Source: an uncultured Pseudanabaenaceae cyanobacterium
Lineage (GTDB): Bacteria > Cyanobacteriota > Cyanobacteriia > PCC-9006 > JAAUQQ01
DNA: 64,000 bases
Assembly (NCBI GenBank): GCA_938017515.1
Contig: CALIJJ010000030.1
Location: forward strand, 6,360 to 70,359
Direction of reading: 5' to 3'
Shown: positions 49,303 to 58,637 of the stretch, piece by piece
Layout of the letters: each line of letters begins with the position of its first letter
Numbering within the stretch: position 1 is the stretch's first letter
Program-made: the position numbers and the translations under genes
The notes under the pieces: model-generated
The model's input: only the letters and a program-made list of their open reading frames with translations
Databases searched by the model: none
Told to the model about the DNA's origin: nothing

Positions 49303-50889
49303 TCAGAGCTTGACGGTGTAAGCGTCCCGGATGCCGTCGATCTTGACGATCTCGGTCAACACGCCATCGGGCAATGGGTCATCCAAACTCAAGACCATGA
49401 CGGCTTCGCCGCGCACGATCTTGCGACCCACCTGCATGCTGGCAATGTTGACATTGAAACTGCCCAGCAAGGAACCAATTTTGCCGATGATGCCCGGCAT
49501 ATCCCGGTGACGGGTGAACAGCATGTACTTATTGGGCGGGACGTTAATGGGGAAGTCGCCCAGGTGGGTGATGAAGACCTCGTTATCCCCCAGCAGGGCA
49601 CCTGCAACGGAATGCTCACCGCGTTCGCCCGTGGCGGAGAGATAGAGCGAACCACCGGAGTAGTCGCTGATGCTTTCGTCGCGGGTTTCGATGACCCGAA
49701 TGCCCCGCTCCTTGGCTTCGATGGAGGCGTTGACGTAGTTGACTCGCTCGCGCAGGGCCTGGGATAGCAGTCCCTTCAGCGACGCAATCACCATGGCCTG
49801 ACTGTTGCTCTGGGCCAGTTCACCCTGCATGCGTACCGTGAGCTGATTGATCCGGCCGCCGGTCAACTGACTCAGCACATTGCCCAGGGTTTCGGCCAGC
49901 TCCAGGTAGGGCCGCATTTTCTCGAGCACGCTGGGATGCAGTCCAGGAATATTCACTGCAGAGCGAGCGGGAAGACCCAACAGGACATCGCGAATTTGCT
50001 CCGCAACGTCCACCGCGACATTGACTTGAGCTTCAGCGGTGGAAGCGCCCAGGTGCGGCGTCAGGATGACGTTTTTGCCCAGCTTGCGCAGGGGAGAGTC
50101 AGCTTCCAGGGGCTCACTGTCGTAGACATCAAGGGCTGCACCAGCCAGCCGACCTTCTTCGATGGCCCGGGCGAGGGCTGCTTCATCAATGACACCGCCC
50201 CGAGAGCAATTGATCAGGCGGGTCGTAGGCTTCATCTTGGCGATGGTTTCATCGTTGATGAGGTTCGCCGTTTCTGGGGTCTTGGGGACGTGAAGCGTGA
50301 TGTAGTCTGCTTCGCTAAAGAGCTGATCCAGCTCGACCAGGCGACAGCCCAACTGGTCTGCCCGCTCGGCGGAGATGAACGGATCGTAGGCCATTAGCTT
50401 CATGCCCATGGCCCGGGCCACGCTCGCGACGTGGGCACCAATTTTGCCCAGGCCGACAACGCCCAATGTCTTTTTGTAAACTTCAGAGCCGATGAATGCT
50501 TTGCGATTCCATTCACCCGCCTTGGTGGACTGGTTGGCGTCTGGAATGTAGCGCGAGACGGTCATCATCATCGCCAAGGCATGTTCCGCGGCGGCGATCG
50601 TGTTGCCTTCGGGGGAGTTGACGACGACGATGCCCTTACGAGTTGCAGCGGGAACATTGACATTGTCAACTCCAACCCCAGCCCGCCCAATGATCTTGAG
50701 GGGTTTGCTGGCTTCGATCACAGCTTCGGTGACCTGGGTCCCGGAGCGGATCATGAGGGCGTCGTATTCGGGGATGATTTCAATCAATTCCGCTTCAGAC
50801 AGACCCGTCTTGAGATCGACATGGGCAACCTGAGAGAGGATTTCAATCCCGACGGGATCGATGGAATCGGAGACGAGGACCTTTGGCAT
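49303..50889 (-). CDS. serA: D-3-phosphoglycerate dehydrogenase
   Basis: GRAGVGVDNV, GLGKIG, TPHLGAST, C-terminal ACT domain (DMPGIIG). Confidence 0.97.
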   Translation of the reverse strand: MPKVLVSDSIDPVGIEILSQVAHVDLKTGLSEAELIEIIPEYDALMIRSGTQVTEAVIEASKPLKIIGRAGVGVDNVNVPAATRKGIVVVNSPEGNTIAAAEHALAMMMTVSRYIPDANQSTKAGEWNRKAFIGSEVYKKTLGVVGLGKIGAHVASVARAMGMKLMAYDPFISAERADQLGCRLVELDQLFSEADYITLHVPKTPETANLINDETIAKMKPTTRLINCSRGGVIDEAALARAIEEGRLAGAALDVYDSEPLEADSPLRKLGKNVILTPHLGASTAEAQVNVAVDVAEQIRDVLLGLPARSAVNIPGLHPSVLEKMRPYLELAETLGNVLSQLTGGRINQLTVRMQGELAQSNSQAMVIASLKGLLSQALRERVNYVNASIEAKERGIRVIETRDESISDYSGGSLYLSATGERGEHSVAGALLGDNEVFITHLGDFPINVPPNKYMLFTRHRDMPGIIGKIGSLLGSFNVNIASMQVGRKIVRGEAVMVLSLDDPLPDGVLTEIVKIDGIRDAYTVKL

Positions 50890-51039
50890 GGTGACGAAAT
50901 CGAGCGTGTTGAAAGGATTGATCGTAAGCAGTCTGGGGCTTTCCCAGGGGCCATTCTAGGATAAAGGGGCGGCCACTCTGGCGGTCATTAAGTAAGATCA
51001 ACAGTGGTGTTAAGAAGATGCTGCTTGTGAGGGCTGGGT

Positions 51040-51540
51040 GTGAGTTATTTGGTTGTGGTGTTACCGGATCGCATTAAGGCTGAGGAGGCATATCTGTCCT
51101 TGGAAGGGGAGTCGTTCCCCATGGACAAGATTGAAATTCTGGGCCGGGGCTATAAAACACCGGAGGAATTCGGCTTGATCGATCCGCTGGAAAAGGTGAA
51201 GACGCGGGCCAAGCGGATGGCGTTTTGGCTGATGCCCTTTGGTTTTTTAGGGGGGGTTGGCTTTAGCTTGACCACTCAGCTTCAGACCTTTGCCTGGGCT
51301 GGCAGCGTGGGCAACCATGTGCTGGGCGGTCTGATGGGGGTGATTGGGGGCGCTATGGGCAGCTTCTTTATTGGGGGAGGACCGACGCTGGTGCTGAATC
51401 GGAGCAGCGATGGCAGCTATGGCGATCGCATCGAAGCGGGGAAATATCTCCTGGCGGTGAACGGACCTGAAATTCTGATCAATCAGGTTGTTCTCACGAT
51501 TCGCAAATTTCAGCCGGAAGCGGTGGAAGTGTTGGACTAG
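51040..51540 (+). CDS. hypothetical membrane protein
   Basis: 166 aa, two Gly-rich TM helices; occupies the gap between serA and the S4-domain gene. Confidence 0.7.
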   Translation: MSYLVVVLPDRIKAEEAYLSLEGESFPMDKIEILGRGYKTPEEFGLIDPLEKVKTRAKRMAFWLMPFGFLGGVGFSLTTQLQTFAWAGSVGNHVLGGLMGVIGGAMGSFFIGGGPTLVLNRSSDGSYGDRIEAGKYLLAVNGPEILINQVVLTIRKFQPEAVEVLD

Positions 51541-51625
51541 CGGTGCTGCCAGCGCTGGAAGTTCCGTTTTGGATTGGCCGTTTTGGATTGGCCGTTTTGG
51601 ATTATTTGGATGAGTCTCTGAAATT

Positions 51626-52405
51626 ATGCTCCCGAAGGAAGACCTGCTGAAAGGCATTGAAAATCGTGAGGCCGTGTCTCGCGTCATCGATAAGGCTGAC
51701 CAGGCCCTCAAAACCTGGGAAATTGTGGTGACCGATTTTCTGTCGCCCCCAGAAATGGCGGAGGCCACCGGAATTTTTCAGCGCTTGACCGAAGTCAGTT
51801 GCCTGCCCTGGGGGGGCTATCCCCAGGCGGAACGCCAGCGTTTGGCCCTGGCCCGCTCGGATATTCCCCTAGATACGTCCCATGTGGCGGTGACGGCGCT
51901 GGAAATTGCAGGTAACTTTCTCTTTGACTCCGCGACCCATCGAGATTTCTTGGGCTCGCTGCTGGGGACCGGTCTAGTGCGGGATAAGGTGGGCGACATC
52001 ATTGTGGTGGGCGATCGCGGTGCCCAGGCTGTCGTGGTGCCAGAACTGGTGGAGTTTTTAGAAATGAGCCTGGTTCAGGTGCGCTCGGTCAAGGTGAAAA
52101 CCCGGCCCATTGAGCTAGACCAGCTCAGAATTCGGCAACCCAAAATCAAGGAAATGACCACCGTGGAGGCCTCGATGCGACTGGATGCGATCGCCTCCGC
52201 AGGATTCGGGATGTCTCGTAGCAAAATGGTGGACTTGATCACTAGTGGAGATGTGCGAGTCAACTGGAAAACAATGAGTCAAGCCAGCCATGCCGTTCAG
52301 TCAGAGGATTTGATTGCCATTCGCGGCAAGGGACGTCTCAGTGTTGGTGATGTTTCTGTGACAAAGAAACAGCGTTATCGGGTTCAACTAAAGCGATTTG
52401 TATAG
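51626..52405 (+). CDS. photosystem II S4 domain protein (YlmH/Sll1252 family)
   Basis: TDFLSPPE, GGYPQAER, HRDFLG, SMRLDAIASAGFGMSR, VRVNW S4 domain. Confidence 0.92.
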   Translation: MLPKEDLLKGIENREAVSRVIDKADQALKTWEIVVTDFLSPPEMAEATGIFQRLTEVSCLPWGGYPQAERQRLALARSDIPLDTSHVAVTALEIAGNFLFDSATHRDFLGSLLGTGLVRDKVGDIIVVGDRGAQAVVVPELVEFLEMSLVQVRSVKVKTRPIELDQLRIRQPKIKEMTTVEASMRLDAIASAGFGMSRSKMVDLITSGDVRVNWKTMSQASHAVQSEDLIAIRGKGRLSVGDVSVTKKQRYRVQLKRFV

Positions 52406-52438
52406 GCATTTGCTAACTTTTTTAAGCTTTGTAAGGCA

Positions 52439-53053
52439 ATGCAAACTGCATTACAGATCATTGATCCCCTTGGGCATTCTGGGAAAAGCAGCGCATTTAG
52501 CAAAGGAGTTTGGGAGATGGTCAATGTAGTGAGTCGTGATGGTCGCGATCGCCAGCTCTTCCCGAACCCGTCTCAAGTTGTAGAGCGGATCACAGAACGA
52601 AACGCTGCGGCCCGTCGTTCCTACAACCAGGTTCTCGCCGAAACGCTTCAAGCTCAGGCAGAGCAGGCCCTGCAAACTCAGAACCTGGGGGGCACCGTCG
52701 CTGACCTCAACCGGGGAATGATCATGGAAACCTTGTCTTGGGAGGCTCCCCATCCCCAAGCTGGATGCCATGTGTTTCGGACGCTGGAGGAAATGGCACA
52801 GGTCTGGCTCCTGCATGGCGGTGAAGCCATCGCCCTTCCCCAGGTCAACTTCGAGCAGTTCACCGTGTTAGCGGTCTTTTCGGGGGAGGGGAGCTTTCGC
52901 GAATACACCACCATCAATCGGCTGAAGTATCAGGCGGACATGCTTGAAGCCTATATTTGCTCCTATACCCGCCCCTGGACCGTCAAAAATCCCATGAGCG
53001 TCATTCAGATTGCAAAGACAGAGCAACCCATTCGTTTCATCACGTTAATGTAG
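52439..53053 (+). CDS. hypothetical protein, possible PrcB C-terminal-like domain
   Basis: 204 aa ORF; LPQVNFEQFTVLAVFSGE...NPMSVIQI resembles the PrcB_C pattern. Confidence 0.55.
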   Translation: MQTALQIIDPLGHSGKSSAFSKGVWEMVNVVSRDGRDRQLFPNPSQVVERITERNAAARRSYNQVLAETLQAQAEQALQTQNLGGTVADLNRGMIMETLSWEAPHPQAGCHVFRTLEEMAQVWLLHGGEAIALPQVNFEQFTVLAVFSGEGSFREYTTINRLKYQADMLEAYICSYTRPWTVKNPMSVIQIAKTEQPIRFITLM

Positions 53054-53127
53054 GCCTTGATGTAGACCTTGCCTCTCCTGATGCAGATCCTGCCTCTGAA
53101 GATGGGAATTCATTCCCCCGTGGGTGG

Positions 53128-53877
53128 CTAGTCTACCCGCACGTTGAAGCGGTATTCATAACCACGGAACTTGGAATCGAGCCTGAGCAAGTAATCGCCC
53201 TCTTCAGGGAGTTTGCCGGACCATTTGGTGGGGTCACCTTCCTCTGGACCAGAAAAAAGCACCTGATTGTTCGGTGTGGTGAGCACGGGCATGGGCCCTG
53301 CCAAATTGGTCAGGGTTAGGGTTTGGTTTTTGGAGGCCCGCAGCTTGTACTGGTGATTTCCGGTACCGACGAAGCGACCCGCCAGGTCTAGGTCACGCTT
53401 GCCTCGGGGAAAGGCTACCCGAGCTGTTTTTTCATTGCAGGCATAACGAGTGAGGGAGCGGGGAGCCCATCCCTGGACCGGGGCCGTCACGGCAAACCAT
53501 TCCCCTTGGGTTCCTGCGACATCGATGATTTGGTCATTATTGGCTTCGCCGACGATATTGCCCTGGGGAGATGCAGCATCCCGAATGCTGAGGGGCGGGC
53601 GTGGGTCATTGACCTGAGCCATGGTGACGATGCATTCTTCTAGCTCGATGCCATCCTTGGAAGCGGGGTCGAGCTGAAATGAATGGGTCGCGCTGTTGGC
53701 TTTGGCAATGTTTGGCCTGTCTGTTGCCTGAACTGTGGATGGTGCCGCAGACTCATTCAGGGGGCGCAGGCGGCGACTGGTGTTTTTTTGATTGGCGATC
53801 TGGGTTCCGGTCCAGATCGAAAATCCTGTGGCGAGTAAAAAGGCGCCCAACATCGGCAATTTGTAGGGAGATGCCAT
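53128..53877 (-). CDS. membrane-anchored protein with bacterial SH3-like domain
   Basis: N-terminal TM; LSIR...GEWFAV...GWA SH3-like pattern; C-terminal beta-sandwich (WSGKLPEEGDY). Confidence 0.65.
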   Translation of the reverse strand: MASPYKLPMLGAFLLATGFSIWTGTQIANQKNTSRRLRPLNESAAPSTVQATDRPNIAKANSATHSFQLDPASKDGIELEECIVTMAQVNDPRPPLSIRDAASPQGNIVGEANNDQIIDVAGTQGEWFAVTAPVQGWAPRSLTRYACNEKTARVAFPRGKRDLDLAGRFVGTGNHQYKLRASKNQTLTLTNLAGPMPVLTTPNNQVLFSGPEEGDPTKWSGKLPEEGDYLLRLDSKFRGYEYRFNVRVD

Positions 53878-54010
53878 GGTGTTTTGATGAGCTCCTGGGG
53901 TTGACGACAGACAAAACGACAGACAAATGGTCTAGAAGGAGATTATGCGCTTCTTTGAGCGTACTTTGAGAAAATAAGGACTGTCCCACAAAAAATCAAG
54001 TTTTTACGAT

Positions 54011-55159
54011 TTGTCACCTGCTCGCCCCTTGCCTCCATCTGCCTCTGAATCTGCCTCTGAATCTGATCTCCAACTCAGTAGCTATGACTATGAGTTGCCC
54101 CAGGAACGCATTGCCCAAAACCCTGCTGTTCCTAGGGATAGCTCACGCTTGTTGGTGATTGATTCTGCCGCAACCCAACAGCATCGAATCTTCCGAGAGT
54201 TGCCGGAATTTTTGCAGCCCGGAGACTTGCTTGTTATGAATAACACGCGAGTTTTGCCTGCCCGGCTGAAGGGAGAAAAAATCATTGATCCCCATTTGAG
54301 GGCACGGGGGGCTCGCGGTGCCCAGGTGGAGGTCTTGCTGTTAGAAGAACAGGGGCCGGAATATTGGTTAGCCTTGGTGAAGCCAGGGCGACGGCTAAAG
54401 CCGGGGATGTCGATTGCTTTCGGGAATGATCTCTGCGGCACTCTGCTCACGGCCAAAATACTCGACAGCGATCCCGCTACGGGGGGGCGGATTTTGAAAT
54501 TTACGGCGGTTCCCGGCGAAACTTTTTGGACTGCCCTGGAAAAATTGGGGGAGGTGCCCCTGCCGCCCTATATCGATCGCTCAGAATCCGACGCAGAACA
54601 GTATCAAACGGTCTACAGCGATCCCGTTGGTGCCGTGGCAGCACCGACCGCAGGGTTACATTTCACACCTGAGTTGCTGGAGAAACTTAAGGAACGAGGC
54701 GTCGAACAAGCCTTTGTCACGCTCCATGTGGGCGTGGGAACGTTCCGGCCCGTGGAGGCTGAAACGATTACGGATCACGAGATGCATGGCGAGTGGGTGG
54801 AGGTGACGCCCGAGGTGGTGGCACAGATTACGGCCACAAAGGCCCGAGGGGGACGTGTGTTTGCGGTGGGTACGACGGCGGTGCGATCGCTGGAGGGCGC
54901 GGCTCAGTTCGGCCAACTGCGTCCGGTGCGCGGCAAAGTGAATCTGTTTATTTATCCCGGTTACCACTGGAACGTCGTTGATGGGCTGATCACCAACTTT
55001 CATTTGCCCAAGTCAAGCTTGATGATGCTGGTGAGTGCGCTTGTGGGTCGGGAGCGATTGTTGCAGTTGTATGGAGAGGCGATCGCCCGGGAGTACCGTT
55101 TCTACTCCTTTGGAGATGCGATGCTAATTTTACCGGCGGGGGTGCTTGAGAGGGAGTGA
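54011..55159 (+). CDS. queA: S-adenosylmethionine:tRNA ribosyltransferase-isomerase
   Basis: YDYELPQERIAQ, PLPPYI, AAPTAGLHF, VGTT, TNFHLPKS, YRFYSFGDAM. Confidence 0.97.
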   Translation: MSPARPLPPSASESASESDLQLSSYDYELPQERIAQNPAVPRDSSRLLVIDSAATQQHRIFRELPEFLQPGDLLVMNNTRVLPARLKGEKIIDPHLRARGARGAQVEVLLLEEQGPEYWLALVKPGRRLKPGMSIAFGNDLCGTLLTAKILDSDPATGGRILKFTAVPGETFWTALEKLGEVPLPPYIDRSESDAEQYQTVYSDPVGAVAAPTAGLHFTPELLEKLKERGVEQAFVTLHVGVGTFRPVEAETITDHEMHGEWVEVTPEVVAQITATKARGGRVFAVGTTAVRSLEGAAQFGQLRPVRGKVNLFIYPGYHWNVVDGLITNFHLPKSSLMMLVSALVGRERLLQLYGEAIAREYRFYSFGDAMLILPAGVLERE

Positions 55160-55203
55160 TCCAAGCTTTGGAGTGATCCAAGCTTTGGAGTGATACAAGC
55201 TTT
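55153..55203. repeat. 17-bp tandem repeat x3
   Basis: GGAGTGAT(C/A)CAAGCTTT; the first copy contains the queA stop codon. Confidence 0.9.
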
Positions 55204-55634
55204 GATCCGCTGCTTGCCCTGATAGATGCCATCGAGAGTCTGCCCCATCCAGGAGGAAGGCAAGGCTTGAATGTTGACGCTTCTATGTCTCACAATCCTT
55301 GTTCTCCAGTCAATAGGCAGATGGCTGAGCAACTTTTGAGCCGAAACCTGCTTTAGCTGCCGTTGCATTTTGAGGACGATTGGAACGTAAATTTCTCGTT
55401 TTTTAATGGCCCTAGGAAAGAATGAAATAGCACTGCGGTGAGCATTTTGTCGCGTGAATTCCCGTATAGTTTCTATGCCATGCTCGCCCTATAATTAAGT
55501 CCCAGACTTGATCCTAAACGACAGTCATTTGATGTTGTATAGGCCTATTTATTTTGCCTCAAGACGATTTGGGTTAAGCGATTTGGCTGTTTCCCCAGAC
55601 CGGATGATCTCAGATGCTAAAGAAACATTGATCG

Positions 55635-56069
55635 ATGGTTGGCTACCGATCGATGGACTCCTCGTTGGGAGCAAGTCGTGTCTTCAGGGGGCATGGTGTA
55701 ATGGATGCGCTAGCAAAGCAGGCGGTTGGAATCTCTCATCCTGAGTTGTCCAAAGAGTATGTGATTTCTCGGCATGTGAGAGGCGTTGATTGTGAGGACT
55801 GTCCGGTTTGGGAACTTCAGATTGATGTTCCTAACCTTTCCGATGCAAAGTCGCTGCATGAGCAGCAGGCGTTGTTGAACCGTGTTGCAGAATCGTTAGA
55901 GGCAGATTGGATTTGTCTCACGATTCAAGGGCAACTGTACTGGCGTTGGCCCAGGGCATGGGAGGAAAAGTTGCATCGTTGGCAAGCTTCACAACAGGAG
56001 CAAATCCGTTGGGAGCAGCAGCTTGGCAGGCGACTGGAGCAGTTTCGCGCTCGATGGCAGCAGCAATAG
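55635..56069 (+). CDS. hypothetical protein
   Basis: 144 aa ORF in an otherwise empty gap; CEDC motif and Trp/Gln-rich helical C-terminus. Confidence 0.5.
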   Translation: MVGYRSMDSSLGASRVFRGHGVMDALAKQAVGISHPELSKEYVISRHVRGVDCEDCPVWELQIDVPNLSDAKSLHEQQALLNRVAESLEADWICLTIQGQLYWRWPRAWEEKLHRWQASQQEQIRWEQQLGRRLEQFRARWQQQ

Positions 56070-56190
56070 GGTCAATCTATTTTTCAGGGTAAATCTATTT
56101 TTCAGGGTAAATCTATTGGTCAGCCTCGACTGTTGGGATGTCCGTTGAGACATCGTGATGCATGGGGACATCGTGGTGGATGGAGATGAT

Positions 56191-56715
56191 TTATCCATCA
56201 ACTGGCGTTTGAGGTGTGTTGAGTAGGCGTTGATAAAAGGCGAGATCGAGCCAACGACCAAACTTAAAACCGGCCTGGCGAATCGTTCCAGCATGGCGAA
56301 ACCCCAGGGATTGGTGGAGCGCAATGCTGCCTGTATTCTCTGCATCAATACCGCCGATGAGGGTGTGATATTGCTGTTTAGTTGCCTGTGCAGTGAGCTG
56401 TTGTAGGAGCGATCGCCCAATGCCCCGACGGTGATGGGCTCGGTGAACATAGACGGAATGCTCGACGGAATATTTAAAGGCTGGCCAGGCACGGAACGTT
56501 CCGTAACTGGCAAAGCCGAGGAGCTGGTTGTCCTCAACAGCTCCGATGATGGGGAATTGCCCAATTTCTTTGACCTTGAACCAGTCTTGCATTTGACTGA
56601 GCGATCGCGGTTCGTAGTCGTAGAGCGCGGTGGTATTGATGATGGCATCGTTGAGGATGTCGAGAATGGCGATCCCATGCTGCGCGTAGGTGCAGGGGAT
56701 AAATTGCATGGACAT
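56191..56715 (-). CDS. GNAT acetyltransferase (phosphinothricin acetyltransferase / YncA-like)
   Basis: VEHSVYV, RRGIG, NTGSIALHQSLGF, GFKFGRWLD. Confidence 0.9.
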   Translation of the reverse strand: MSMQFIPCTYAQHGIAILDILNDAIINTTALYDYEPRSLSQMQDWFKVKEIGQFPIIGAVEDNQLLGFASYGTFRAWPAFKYSVEHSVYVHRAHHRRGIGRSLLQQLTAQATKQQYHTLIGGIDAENTGSIALHQSLGFRHAGTIRQAGFKFGRWLDLAFYQRLLNTPQTPVDG

Positions 56716-56742
56716 AACGGATGGAATAGTCTCAGAAATCCG

Positions 56743-56777
56743 AAAAAAACAGCGGCAATCAAAGGGATGCCGCTGTT
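56743..56777 (-). terminator. intrinsic terminator downstream of chlB
   Basis: AACAGCGGCA/TGCCGCTGTT stem with A-run on the + strand. Confidence 0.7.
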
Positions 56778-56853
56778 CGATTCTTAGCCCTTTTGGCCTA
56801 GATTTTTTGATCTAGACTTTGTGGCCTCAACCTTTTGGCCTCGACCTTTTGAT

Positions 56854-58392
56854 TTAGGCCTTGACGGCCTCTTTGGCGGCGTACATCACTTCAGCATTAA
56901 TGGCATTAATACCCTGCTTGATCGCATAGGCTTCCACATTGCGGCGGACCTTACTGCGTACAAAGCCGGGGACGCGCTTCAGTTCCGTGAGGCCATCGGG
57001 GGTCCATTGCAGCTCGGCGTCGTTGGAGACTTCCTTGGTCAGGATCTCCTTCGTGTCGTGGCCGCCGAAGATCTCCAGCAGGTGATCTTCCATGCCCAAG
57101 GTGAATGAGTTGTAGATCAAATCCACCAGTTGGTTGGCCCCTTCATAGCCCATGTAGGGTCGGTAGCCGACGGGGAAGTTTTGGATGTGGATGGGGGCGG
57201 CAATGACGCCACAGGGGAGGTCCAGGCGTTTGCCGACGTGGCGTTCCATTTGGGTGCCAAATAAGGCAGCGGGTTCGAGACGGGCGATCGCATTGGCAAT
57301 CTCCGCATTATCTTCGCTGATTAAGATCTCGTCACAAAAACCGCTCACTTCCTCCCGGAACCAATCTGCATCGTACTTACAGTAGGTGCCTGCCAGGACC
57401 ACTTTGATCCCCATTTCCCGAGTCAGAATCTTGGTGATGGCTGCGGCATGAGTATTGTCGCCAAAGACCACAGCCCGCTTGCCCGTCAGATTTTGGCAGT
57501 CGATGGAGCGAGAGAACCAAGCCGCCTGGGAGACGTGGCGGGTTTGCTGATCAATGAACCCTTCGAAATCAACCTCAATGCTGGTTTCGCTGGTTTGAGC
57601 ATTGATGATCTGCTGACATTTGCGAACGAAGCGCGCCGTATCGACAATGCCCATGGGGGTAATGTCCACGTAGGGCATATCAAATTCTTTTTCGAGATAC
57701 TGCGCCGTCATCACGCCCAGCTCTCGGTAGGGCACCACATTGAACCAAGCCTGGGGTAGCTTCTTCAGATCATGGACTGATGCTTTGTAGGGCAGAACGA
57801 GATTGACATCAATCCCCAGGTCCGCCATGAGCTTCTTCAGCTCGGTGCAGTCGTGGTTATTGTGGAAACCTAGGGTTGAAAAGCCAATCAGGTTGACCGA
57901 GGGCTTGGGTGTTTTTTGGGTGACTAAGTCGTCTTGCTTGCGCGCTTTATTGATGTAGAGCTGGACGATTTGCTCTAGGGTTCGGTCGGCGGCCTGGAGT
58001 TCGTTGTAGCGGTAGTGGTTGACATCGGCGAGCATGACGTCCGCCTTGGCATCCATTTGAGCCCGCTCAACGAAGTTATTGAGGTCTTCCTGCAGGATGC
58101 TGGAGGTGCAGGTGGGGGTCAGCACAATCAGGTCGGGATGTTCTTCGCCGTCCTTGCGGGTGATGTTGTCCACCACTTTTTCCTGGGAGCCGCGGGCGAG
58201 CACGTGACGATCGACGACACTGGTGGTGACCGGCGTAAAGTCCCGCTCCCGTTCCAGCATTGATCGCATCACATTGAAGTAGTCGTCCCCCAGGGGGGCA
58301 TGCATGATGGCATGGACATTCTCAAACGAGCTGGCAACACGCAGGGTGCCAATGTGAGCCGGACCTGCATACATCCAATAGGCCAATTTCAT
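56854..58392 (-). CDS. chlB: light-independent protochlorophyllide reductase subunit B
   Basis: [38 protein letters not shown]-terminal PCP_red domain. Confidence 0.98.
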   Translation of the reverse strand: MKLAYWMYAGPAHIGTLRVASSFENVHAIMHAPLGDDYFNVMRSMLERERDFTPVTTSVVDRHVLARGSQEKVVDNITRKDGEEHPDLIVLTPTCTSSILQEDLNNFVERAQMDAKADVMLADVNHYRYNELQAADRTLEQIVQLYINKARKQDDLVTQKTPKPSVNLIGFSTLGFHNNHDCTELKKLMADLGIDVNLVLPYKASVHDLKKLPQAWFNVVPYRELGVMTAQYLEKEFDMPYVDITPMGIVDTARFVRKCQQIINAQTSETSIEVDFEGFIDQQTRHVSQAAWFSRSIDCQNLTGKRAVVFGDNTHAAAITKILTREMGIKVVLAGTYCKYDADWFREEVSGFCDEILISEDNAEIANAIARLEPAALFGTQMERHVGKRLDLPCGVIAAPIHIQNFPVGYRPYMGYEGANQLVDLIYNSFTLGMEDHLLEIFGGHDTKEILTKEVSNDAELQWTPDGLTELKRVPGFVRSKVRRNVEAYAIKQGINAINAEVMYAAKEAVKA

Positions 58393-58637
58393 AAAATTGC
58401 GCTCCCTGCGCGATCGGGCTACCCGCTATGCTCCCGTGCGAGGGGACCCTTTGCCCCAAGCTTGAAGAAGCACGAAGCGATCCCGGCTGGATTGTTGAAC
58501 AGCGTTACACAAGCGCAACGAATCTCAATCCGTTAGGCTGGTAACGCTGTGATTTCCGCTTGCGTCGCGTGAGTTCGAGTCGTGCGTGAGTTTGAGTGGA
58601 ATGGAGCAGCGCTTTTCCTTGTCAGATGTGAATCGCC

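Noticed and set aside
55153..55203. Short direct repeats as a possible CRISPR array (also 24791-24838, 34936-34984)
   Set aside because: Units are contiguous with no spacers, too short, and there are no cas genes
55102..55368. 88 aa minus-strand ORF
   Set aside because: Overlaps the queA end and runs through the tandem repeat; no recognisable features
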